A stretch of 64,000 nucleotides of DNA from Eledone cirrhosa (Eukaryota): assembly GCA_964016885.1 (NCBI GenBank), contig OZ024742.1:283774001-283838000 (forward strand), given 5' to 3'. The translations under genes and the position numbers were made by a program. The notes below the pieces were generated by a model. That model saw only the letters and a list, made by a program, of their open reading frames with translations. It did no database searches and was not told the DNA's origin. Positions within the stretch are counted from its first letter, which is position 1; each line of letters opens with the position of its first letter. Of this stretch, positions 53,501-64,000 are shown one piece after another.

Positions 53501-53932
53501 GCCGTCAGCCGGGCATGTCCGAGATGCGCACAGGGCGACGAAACCGTCCTGCATGCACTCGTCCAGTGTCCGAGAATTGCTGACTTGTGGGTTTATGTCA
53601 AACACCTGCTGTCACGTGTAGGACGGATCCAGATATCAGCTGAGTCCATCGTGAGAATTGCCCCGCCCTCTTCCTTTAGCCAGGAAGGGCAGGCAGTTTT
53701 TATTTGTCTGGTGGCCATGGCGAAAGAGATAGTATGGTGGACACGTTTGAAAGGGCTGAAGACGAGCACTTACCTCTTCGGTGATGCCCTGATTAACTTT
53801 TTCAAATTTCATTTGAAAAGGAAAATCAGGGTAGAGAGGGAAGTGCTCTTTTCCCAGCATTTTGTTGAAAGATGGGTGAGAGAAGCAAGTATGGCCCGAA
53901 TGAATGGGCCTTCTCTGAGTATGTGTCTGTAA
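50515..53932 (+). pseudogene. Tx1 ORF2: APE endonuclease, RT and C-terminal zinc finger; frameshifts and stops in the APE/linker part, intact 760-aa RT frame
   Basis: IGSINARGL, VAISET, VAVYAP, LVGDWN, SYLDRVF, YTDH (APE); KSPGLDG, NFRPITLLN, LDQSKAFDRV, VRQGCPLS, AYADD, GGLG; CPRC...ETVLHALVQC. Confidence 0.92.
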
Positions 53933-54174
53933 ATTAAAGGTGGAAAACTGGGAGAGGGCACTTGCCCTGGTGGTCAGGGTCACTGTGGTCTTTTAATGGG
54001 CTTTCTCCACAAATGTCCCTCGGAAGTCTCCCTCCTATTGGGGAATTTTTCTTTGTTATTTTATTACATCCTCTGTTTTTTTACACGCAGAAATGCCCAT
54101 TTGTACCGTCCTGTATTGTCATGTACTGTCCTTAATGTCTACTTTATGTGAACCCTTGTGGTTAATAAAGAAAA

Positions 54175-54236
<62 letters not shown>

Positions 54237-54237
<1 letters not shown>

Positions 54238-57200
54238 AGCTGCATTTATCTTGCTTTATGTTCATACGAGTTATCACCAAGTCACAACCAGTGACCTCAA
54301 GAGACAACAAGGTCCGCCATGTTCAAGAAAGAACATACCTACTCACACATGCATCTTTAGTGTTTAGACTTGTGATGTACTTATATTGACAGAATCTTCC
54401 TTAGTATATGGGCAGTTCCCATTGGTACTATCTTTTGTATTTCTCCTATACGCGGGTTTCCTGGCATCCATTTTTTATTATGTTGGCTTGGTAATTTTTT
54501 GTTGGCAGACACTGATCTTGTGCTGATATAATCAGTCCTTCAGTCTCCGATTTCAGTCCAGAGGATGTTAACCACTGATGGGTTAAAGTTTTGTCAACAT
54601 CAGGATTGTTAGCTCGTTCTGGGTATTTTCCATACAGAGGCTTTTCTTGCCATTTCTTAGTCAGTTTCTGTAGCAGTTCTTTCTTTGCAGTTACTTTTAC
54701 CTGCTTTGCTTTTTCTGTGTTTTCCATTTCAGCAGTAAATGGGACTTCTGAAATATGTAGTCCATTACTGTATCTTTGTGCATCTTTTGTAATGGAGTAT
54801 GATCTTTTGATGCTTTCGTGTTTCAAAACGAGTTTGATCATCCAATCATGTGATTCCCTTAGATATGTAGATAATCCAATTGTTGCAGTTTTCAACGCAA
54901 TGTCTAACTGGATTAACCCACGTCCTCCTTCTTTCCTAGGGAGATATATTCTCTCTGTATCTGCCTTAGGGTGATGCATTCTGTGCATGGTTAAGAATTT
55001 TCGAATTTTTGTATCGAGCCTACGGATCTCTGTGCTTGACCAGTTGATGACATTGTAACTGTAGGTTACTACTGGTATGGCAAGCGTGTTTATGGCATCG
55101 ATCCTATTCCTTGCATTCAATTCCGTTCTTAAGATTGCTCTTACTCTGCGGTAACATTCCTTCCTTATCCTTTCCCTCATTGTCGAGTGCTTGATTCCGT
55201 CTCCTTCACAAACACCTAGATATTTGTAAGCTTCCTCTTGATCAAGTTCTCTTATCAAGTTCTCTTATCACATTCCCTCGATCAAGATTAATGTCTGAAC
55301 TTTTCAGCAGCTTTCCTCTGGTGAACGTTGCTTTGGCGCATTTATCTAGTCCAAACTCCATTTTAATGTCATCACTGAACTGCTCCACAGTGGATAATAG
55401 CCCTTGCAATTGTTCATCATTTTTTGCAAATAGTTTCAGGTCATCCATGTAGAACAAATGATTAATGGTTTTGTCATAGACTTTATATCCATGTTTTGTT
55501 TCATTGAGCATTTTACTTAATGGTATAAGTGCGATGCAGAATAAAAGCGGTGATAAAGAGTCACCCTGAAAAATTCCACAATTAATATTAACTTCTCCAG
55601 CTTCCAGTGATTTTGTTTCACTATTCAAAAGGAGTGTCGTTTTCCATGTCTTCACACTGAATGACAAAAACCTCCTGACAACGGGGGATATTTTGAAAAT
55701 CTCTAAACATTTTTCAATCCAACTGTGTGGCAAACTATCGAATGCTTTTTTATAATCTATCCAAGCAATTGATAGATTTTTGTGTCTATTATGACAATCT
55801 TCCAGTATCATTTTGTTAACCAAAAGCTGATCCTTACAGCCATATGAGCCTCGTTTACACCCTTTCTGCTCAATGGGAAATAGGTCATTTGTTATCAGGT
55901 GGTCATATGTATATTCAGTTAGGACTGATGTTAAAATTTTATACATTGTGGTCAAGCAAGTTATCGGTCTGTAATTTTTGGGATTGTTTGTCTCATCATT
56001 CTTCGGAAGCAGGAATGTAATGCCGTTAACTAGCCATGATGGTATCTTTTCTGGCTCCTTAACTATTTCATTGTAAAGTTGGGCTAACAGCTCATGAGAC
56101 TCTGTGAAGGCATTTATCCAAAAATTTTGTATTTTATCTTTTCCTGGGGATTTCCATTTGCTGGTTTTTCTTAGAGCCAAACGCAACTGTTCAACTGTTA
56201 TATTTTCCCATATTTGTTCCTCAAGGTGAGCTGTATCTTTCATTTGTCTGTCTATCCATGGGGCATGTATATTATGAACTTTTTCTTCGGCCCAGATCTT
56301 TTCCCAGAATTCTTGCACTTCCTCCTTGGGTGGTATTGATTTAGCAGTTATTGTTGACTTACCAATTTTTCTGTAGAAGTTTCTTTGGTTGGTTTTGAAC
56401 ATATTATTGTCCTTATAGAATCTAGATCGTTTTTCAAAGCGCCTTATACGAGCAGCTTTGGCCGACACTTTTTGCTTGATTATTTCTATCAGCATGCCTA
56501 TGTCACTTGTTGGTTTTATACTGTACTTTCTTTTCAATTTTCTAAGTTTAGTTTGTTTAACATGTTCACCTACTTTATATTTTTTTAAAATTTCTATGTC
56601 AGATCGGAGAAGGTTTATTTGGCGATTGATGTTCTCTTGCCAAGTAGATTTCTTGTGGGAATTCCTTTGTTTTTTCATCTTCACTCCACGTAAGTGAGTG
56701 GTGACTTTAGCCGATGCATAATAGAGATGATTTAAATCAGTAATGTTTAGTTTGTTTGTGATGATAATGTTTTTGATAATTATGTTAGTCTTGTGTATTA
56801 TCTTTTGGTTTTGTTTGGAGTTCTGGATCTTAGGGAGGGTGTCTCGTTCCCCCATGTCAGATTCTTTCATTTTCATCCATTCGATCATAATTTCATCCTT
56901 CAAGTTGGCAAGTTCATTCTCATTCATTTCTTTATCATTTACGATCTCATTGTTTTCATTTGGAGTTTCATCTTGAGCATGCACTCCTTCCACTTTTTCG
57001 ATCCTTTCTTTAATTTGTTCTGTTGTCAGTGATTCCGCCCCAACCCTGGGATTCGAAGTGTTACAATTTACCTCGTTTTCACTGACACATGTTTCATTTT
57101 CCCTTCGCTGACTTTGTGCTAATAGCTTGATCTGATCAATTTCTATATCAGTTAGTAACTTTTTTTTTTACAATATTTCTTCGTATATTGGCTAGTTTGT

Positions 57201-57790
57201 TACTGTCAATATAGCCTCTGTTTTCGGGATGTTTCTTTTTCCAGTTGATATATGTCTGTTCTGTATTCGATGTATTTGATGGGTAGTACATGGCAGTGTA
57301 GAAAGCCTCAAGGACTTCTCTATTATCTTCCCTTGACCATTTTTCTCTCTTTTTCTTTGGATTTCTTGGTGGTGAGCATGGAGGGCCAACAGTAGGAGTA
57401 TTCCGGTTATAGGAGGTCTCCAGCTCCGAAGTGATGGGAAGGTTTGAACCATTAGCTGATTTTTCGACCCCAGTCTGGTTCCTCTCTGAGGGACGCGGCC
57501 CTTTTTTACCCGGGTGACGGCCGATCCGGTTTGAGATTTTATCATTAGACATTTACTTTATTTTGTCGCGTTTTATCCTTATCCGCCAAGGGGTAATCAT
57601 TTCGTGTTACCACTTCTAGAACGAGTGTCAACCAAGACTAGAGGGGTCGCTCTCCCCTAGAGACACGGCTATTCCCCGCCGGCCGCCATCCCGATATTTC
57701 TTGGTCACGGGGTTTTCTTTTTTGTTGTTTTTTGAAATTGTTATTATCATGAGTGGTTCCTTAATGTGAGCATTGCGTGGCTTAAGAATG
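54237..57790 (-). mobile_element. R4/Dong family B element with intact 5' end but a deleted zinc-finger/endonuclease region
   Basis: ORF pieces 57552-57148 (KREKWSREDNREVLEAFY), 56993-55242 ([33 protein letters not shown]) and 55258-54446 (YKYLG, GGRGL, SAQDQCL). The 3' UTR matches 39841-40062. Confidence 0.9.
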
Positions 57791-57852
57791 AAATTATTAA
57801 TAATTGTCTCCACTCCAGGCACAAGGCCAGCAATTACCCAGTGCATTACAAT

Positions 57853-57972
57853 TTCTTCTTCTTCTTCTTCTTCTTCTTCTTCTTCTTCTTCTTCTTCTTC
57901 TTCTTCTTCTTCTTCTTCTTCTTCTTCTTCTTCTTCTTCTTCTTCTTCTTCTTCTTCTTCTTCTTCTTCTTC
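57853..57972. repeat. (TTC)n trinucleotide microsatellite, about 40 units
   Basis: Directly visible. Confidence 0.97.
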
Positions 57973-58275
57973 ATTTAATCGAATAAAGCTCTCGACAGAG
58001 TGGTTAAATATAACAAAGCTATTCGGCAGTCAATAGAATAGACCAAAAACAATCAATAAAATTAACTGGCCAATAGCTGGACTCTGGAGATTAATACCAG
58101 TAAAAATTAGCGAGAATCGAATTTTAGCTCAGGAATTAACGAATATATATATTATACACACACACATATATATATATATATTCTTATAGACTTAAATATA
58201 AATGCATGTATATATATATATATATATACAAATGTATAAATGCATAGCTATATACATACGTAAATGTATGTATGT

Positions 58276-58377
<102 letters not shown>

Positions 58378-58747
58378 AGATTTATATATATATACACACA
58401 CGCAAACGCATGCGCAGAGAAGACAAAAAAATAAACAAATAAATAAATAAATAAACAGACTAAATAAAGATGGCGTAGGCATACAATGCAACGAGAGGAA
58501 ACATAATAGCACCACTGACGATGTTGCAGATGTGCAACGAAAGAACTTTGTTAGACTATATATATGTGTTTGTGTCTATATTGTATCTGTATTTTTGACC
58601 TTTGGTCAGTCAATGGTAACATTGAGGACCGAATAAATTAAATTAACCGATATAAAGGACACAGAAGCGAAAACCAACCAAACAGTGAGTGTGTTCTGTT
58701 ATTAATTCTGGCAACATTATTACACAAATATGACTCTCCCCAAGTAT

Positions 58748-58814
<67 letters not shown>

Positions 58815-58817
<3 letters not shown>

Positions 58818-60588
58818 TGGCTGCCAACTCGTTTTCGAGCACGGCCACTACTTTATATCCATGTAGGAGAACCCCTACCGATGCGCTGAACGAGTGCGAC
58901 TTTTTAGTCCAGCCAGCGACTTGAAAACTCTGGTACAAACACTACACTTGCGACAATTATTGACACATAGTGCTGGGCCCATGGTACCATGTGACGACAA
59001 GTGCAGGGAGATCTCCAGACATAAAGCAATGCTGTGCTGTGATGCTTTTATAGTGAGCAAAGGCACTGCACAAAGCCAGTCCCACTCTCTTAACCAAGAT
59101 GATATTTACCAAAAAGAAGAACAAGTCAACATCATTGGATACCATCAGGGTTGCAGGTGTTATATCAGAGTTTTCCTTCTCCTAGAATTCTGCCTTGACA
59201 AAGGCTAAGGGGTCATCTCTCCCGGTGATTTTGGATGGGCATTGACTCTTAAGAGCTCCTTTGCCCTTTGACAGGTTTTGTTTTTAGTCCTGCAGGATGT
59301 CCAAAGTCACCCTCCTCACCAAGAAGCCTTGGTGGGGTTGCCAGTTTAGTCGCCAACGACCCGACCATGGGACAGGTTGTACTGGGATACATGTTACCAG
59401 TAGCACCAACTGGTGACCTGACAAATATATATATATATACATATATACATACATACATATATAGTGGCTGCCAACTCGTTTTCGAGTACGGCCACTACTT
59501 TATATCCATGTAGGAGAACCCCTACCGATGCGCTGAACGAGTGTGACTTTTTAGTCCAGCCAGCGACTTGAAAACTCTGGTACAAACACTACACTTGTGA
59601 CAATTATTGACACATAGTGCTGGGCCCATGGTACCATGTGACAACAAGTGCAGAGAGATCTCCAGATATAAAGCAATGCCTGTGCCGTGAAGCTTTTATA
59701 GTGAGCAAAGGCACTGCACAAAGCCAGTCCCACTCTCTTAACCAAGATGATATTTACCAAAAAGAAGAACAAGTCAACATCATTGGATATCATCAGGGTT
59801 GCAGGTGTTATATCAGAGTTTTCCTTCTCCTAGAATTCTGCCTTGACAAAGGCTAAGGGGTCATCTCTCCCGGTGATTTTGGATGGGCATTGACTCTTAA
59901 GAGCTCCTTTGCCCTTTGACAGGTTTTGTTTTTAGTCCTGCAGGATGTCCAAAGTCACCCTCCTCACCAAGAAGCCTTGGTGGGGTTGCCAGTTTAGTCG
60001 CCAACGACCCGACCATGGGACAGGTTGTACTGGGATACATGTTACCAGTAGCACCAACTGGTGACCTGACAAATATATATATATATACATATATACATAC
60101 ATACATATATGGTGGCTGCCAATTCGTTTTCGAGTACGGCCACTACTTTATATCCATGTAGGAGAACCCCTACCGATGCGCTGAACGAGTGTGACTTTTT
60201 AGTCCAGCCAGCGACTTGAAAACTCTGGTACAAACACTACACTTGTGACAATTATTGACACATCGTGCTGGGCCCATGGTACCATGTGACAACAAGTGCA
60301 GAGAGATCTCCAGATATAAAGCAATGCCTGTGCCGTGAAGCTTTTATAGTGAGCAAAGGCACTGCACAAAGCCAGTCCCACTCTCTTAACCAAGATGATA
60401 TTTACCAAAAAGAAGAACAAGTCAACATCATTGGATATCATCAGGGTTGCAGGTGTTATATCAGAGTTTTCCTTCTCTTAGAATTCTGCCTTGACAAAGG
60501 CTAAGGGGTCATCTCTCCCGGTGATTTTTGGATGGGCATTGACTCTTAAGAGCTCCTTTGCCCTTTGCCAGGTTTTGTTTTTAGTCCT
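58815..60588 (-). mobile_element. Tandem array (period about 648 bp, about 2.7 copies) of a short internally deleted RTE-like element
   Basis: Units start at about 58815, 59462 and 60110 and are separated by (TA/TACA)n. On the minus strand each unit ends its coding remnant with KCSVCTRVFKSLAGLKSHTRSAHR* (C2H2 finger) and a short 3' UTR. Confidence 0.75.
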
Positions 60589-60599
60589 ATGTTTTTAAT

Positions 60600-61737
60600 A
60601 TTGGGCATTTTTATGTTTCGCAAACAATTCCTTATTTTTCACTTTTTATTTTTATTTTGTATGTAGCCTTAGGACTCATGTAGTTTTGATTTATATATCA
60701 ACTAAATGATCCTTTTACAATCATTTATATAAAACATTAATTTTTAACAATATTTTCAGTAACTTATTTACTATATTGTATTATTGTATTATGTTATGTA
60801 TATTTGAAAGGTATCACCTTAAGTCTTTAGACAATATAATCTTTGTATATTTTTTTGATTAACACATATATGTAATTTAAAATTCAGACCTCTTTAAGTT
60901 TAATTATAAGGCCTGTTGATCCTTTAGGCACTCAGATTGTTAATAATAAATTCTTTAATAATTATAACTATAATTATTTTATAAATTATATTATATAAAC
61001 TGTTGTCAATATTATAAATAATTTTGGTAAAGTTTACCTTCGTGAGGTTGTGAAAACATTGTTTTCTTTCTCGTGTTTGTAAATCCTTTAAATTTGATTT
61101 CATAAAATTTGATTTTAGAAATTAAACTTGATAGTATACTTTAATATTAATACAGATACCTATTAACTCTTAAAACCTAAAATATTATTCATTACTCTGA
61201 ACTAACTTAAATTAAATATTTTGAATATTAACGGTCAACCAAATAAGTTTAGATATATATTGTATATATGGATAATTGTCTAAAAACCTGAACATAAATT
61301 ATTCCCCTTTCTCTCTCTCTCTCTCTGTAATCAACTCTCTTTTGTCTTTCGAGGCACCTGCTAACTATATTATCCCATCAGCTGTTTCTTCCTCTATGAT
61401 TTCCTTTCTTTCCTCTTTCTTCGGTAATTTAAATTTTTGAAACAGTTATATTGATGCGATGTATTTTTTAAGCTATATTACACGCACCCTCTCTATTGTA
61501 GGTATTATATATTTTTCTCATGTTCTCAATATTAAGGTATATAAATATTGCGTTTTGTCATATATTACTCACTACCATGACTGAATCTTAACCATCTACT
61601 ATGTCAGGGTATGTCATGCATCATCTTATTTTATCTGATGAGGACGTACTGTTGAAGTTAACTCAGTACCTCTGAAATATGTATAATAAAATATACTTGA
61701 TCACAAGAATATCTATTTTGTTAATATTTTGAATTAA
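60600..61737 (+). mobile_element. Solo PLE pseudo-LTR related to 31770-33480
   Basis: Shared 3' ~250 nt with hammerhead and ttaatattttgaattaa(ta)n end. Confidence 0.7.
61629..61691 (+). ncRNA. Minimal type I hammerhead
   Basis: ttttat CTGATGA ggacgtactgttgaagttaactcagtacctct GAAA tatgta TA ataaaa. Confidence 0.8.
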
Positions 61738-61759
61738 TATATATATATATATATATATA

Positions 61760-61842
61760 TACAAGCTCTCATGCATACACACGCATACACACATTCAAAT
61801 GTACACATATACATACATATATACACACGTACGCACATATAT

Positions 61843-61938
<96 letters not shown>

Positions 61939-62659
61939 GATGTGTGATGTCATCTCAGGCACTGATGATAGTAACAACAAAAAGACTTACATCGGCATGA
62001 CTTCCAATAATTTTAAGACCCGGTGGTATGCCCATACACATTCTTTCAGAAGACCGGACAAATCAAATCAGACTACACTCGCCTCCCATGTCTGGGACCT
62101 CAAAAGGAACTCCACCCCCTTCACGCTTACTGTAAATGGAAAATACTCCAGAAAGCGCGCTCATACAAGGGAGGAACAAGTGCTGCAACCTTTGAATCTA
62201 AGAGAGCTACGAAATATTATTTGCCAAGGGTCCGCTACTGAAAAAAACTCTCTGAACATTGCCCGAATTGCATGCACAAAAACTTTGCAACTTTCAAATA
62301 CCTTAAGCCAGTGTTAATGCCAGATGGCTAAAAAAGATCCCCCCCTTTTTTTTCTTTTAAATCCCACTCGACAAAATACCTCCTCGACCTCCTTCCTACC
62401 CTACACCTACCTCCTCTCGACCCGAATACGGCACTCTGGTCATATAAGTACTTCTTACCTATCTGCTCTTTCCGCATGTAGAGCGTACTTCATCTTAATA
62501 CTGTATATATGTGTGTGTGTATTTGTGTATATTTATGAGTGTATGTATGTACATATTTGTATGAGTAGCCGTACGATTGTATGCGTATGTTTGTGTGTAC
62601 GTGCGTTTATATGTATTTACGTATATGTGTATGTGTATATATGTATGTATATATATGTA

Positions 62660-62753
<94 letters not shown>

Positions 62754-62863
62754 CGTGCGTGTGTATATGTATGTATATGTATATGTATATATATATGTAT
62801 ATGTGTGTGTGTATGTGTGTGTATATATATATATATATATATGTGTGTATATATATGTATATG

Positions 62864-62938
<75 letters not shown>

Positions 62939-63048
62939 GTATGTGTGTCTATGTGTATATATGTGTATGTGTGTATATATATATATGTAGCTTATTATAT
63001 GAACAGAAAACAGAGAGGCAGTACAAAATGATATGCTTTTTAGTTTCA

Positions 63049-63112
<64 letters not shown>

Positions 63113-63423
63113 GTGTGTTTATATATGTGTGTATATATATATATATATGTGTGTTTATATATGTGTGTGTATGTGTGTATATGTATATGTATATGTATAT
63201 ATGTGTATATATATATATATATATGTGTATGTATGTATGTATATATGTGTGTATATATGTACACATATATATATGTATATATATATGTGTGTGTATATGT
63301 GTATATATATGTGTGTGTGTATGTGTATGTATGTTTATATATGTGCGTACGTGTGTGTATATGTATGTATATGTGTACGTTTGAATGTCTGTATGCGTGT
63401 GTATGCACGAGAGCGTGTGTGCG

Positions 63424-63450
<27 letters not shown>
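61760..63450 (+). mobile_element. Penelope-like element PLE-5 remnant (GIY-YIG tail, microsatellite-rich pLTR and inverted 5' piece)
   Basis: KKTYIGMTSNNFKTRWYAHTHSF...TTLASHVWDLK at 61975-62105. 61760-61847 is the reverse complement of about 63332-63420. Confidence 0.78.
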
Positions 63451-63451
<1 letters not shown>

Positions 63452-63457
<6 letters not shown>

Positions 63458-63798
63458 GAATTGGTGCTCTGTAATAGCGATATATATATGAATGTATATA
63501 TAGTGTATTTTGCAATACACTGTATGCTTAATTAAAAGCATTTCGAAGACCTTATGCTATTGTTTTAGAGTAGTGACAGTCTCACTTACTTTAATTTTCA
63601 GCAAACAGGGGAGATAAAGCTGACAGAGCTCTGTTTCGCACTTCTTGGTGCTTATCAAATCTAACTACTCCTCCTGTTTGCTGAAAATCATGAATGTTTG
63701 ATTCTTATAGAATTCTAGTAATAATACAGTGTATTGCAAAATACACTATATATACATTCATATATATATCGCTATTTCAGAGCACCAATTCTAATTTT
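63452..63798. repeat. Approximately 72-bp terminal inverted repeats enclosing a hammerhead
   Basis: aaattagaattggtgctctg...gcaatacactgtat (63452-63524) versus atacagtgtattgc...agagcaccaattctaattt (63724-63797). Confidence 0.9.
63594..63688 (-). ncRNA. Extended type I hammerhead, U3-A8 variant
   Basis: Minus strand: attttcagcaaacagg-aggagtagttagat TTGATAA gcac-caagaa-gtgc GAAA cag-agct-ctg TC agctttatctcc-cctgtttgctgaaaat. Distal 16-bp helix and an internal loop in stem I. Confidence 0.75.
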
Positions 63799-64000
63799 CA
63801 ATTTCTTAGTATAATCCCAATTATACGTTTGGGGTGCTAACTATACGTATTTTGCGGATAGCCAGTTGTATTATTTTATATGAGACATAATTAAAATACA
63901 TTTCTCTTTCCAAACGATCGTTTCATTATAAGTTTTCTACAAATTGGGAAAATAATGTCCAGGTTATGTAGAAGCCTACACATAGTCCGTAGGAATATAT

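Larger units (their letters stand above)
48295..54176 (+). mobile_element. Full-length Tx1-clade (L1-group) retrotransposon, family a, about 5.9 kb, embedded in (TTA)n
   Basis: (TTA)n at 48261-48294 and 54176-54236. 5' UTR, ORF1, ORF2, and AATAAA at 54164. Confidence 0.9.

Noticed and set aside
41337-53983. Antisense ORFs overlapping Dong and Tx1 coding regions (for example 44241-44690, 52408-52917)
   Set aside because: They are shadow frames of RT-coding sequence with no recognisable motifs, and recur only because the elements are repeated.
58510-58620. Possible hammerhead CTGACGA-t-gttgca-gatg-tgcaac-GAAA
   Set aside because: The core and stem II look right, but I could not find a convincing stem III, NUH triplet or stem I partner. 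It is probably a decayed pLTR motif and was not counted.
59300-59425. Twister or HDV-like ribozyme call on the minus strand (cctg-tcccatggt-cggg ... gaggg; ctaa-actgg)
   Set aside because: Only partial resemblance. The twister P1/UAA/P2 order and the HDV P1-P3-P1.1 order could not be satisfied, so it is left as a test in the finding.

Overview
AT-rich animal (metazoan) genomic DNA, dense in (TA)n, (CA)n and (TTA)n repeats. The SINE/RTE repeat types suggest an octopod cephalopod, but that is inference. The only host gene visible is the 3' end of a TMEM59-family gene (three GT-AG coding exons, 4058-9164, + strand). The rest is retroelement territory divided by microsatellite type. (1) The (TA)n zones (about 14.8-39.3 kb and 58-64 kb) hold at least five Penelope-like elements (RT plus C-terminal GIY-YIG, CxC-x5-C-x5-C linker) and many ORF-less fold-back derivatives. 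Reading by eye I find about 17 type I hammerhead ribozyme motifs there, including U3-A8, U4C and U3-G8 core variants, many of them inside near-perfect DNA palindromes. (2) An 18-kb (TTA)n zone (39.7-57.8 kb) is a pile of ten non-LTR insertions with strict strand polarity: R4/Dong-type restriction-like-endonuclease elements always on the minus strand and Tx1-type APE elements always on the plus strand. One of them appears to have an approximately 100-bp target-site duplication. There is also a tandem array of a short, internally deleted RTE-like element (58.8-60.6 kb), CR1 and RTE remnants, SINEs and a Helitron 3' end. All calls come from reading motifs by eye; no alignments or searches were run.
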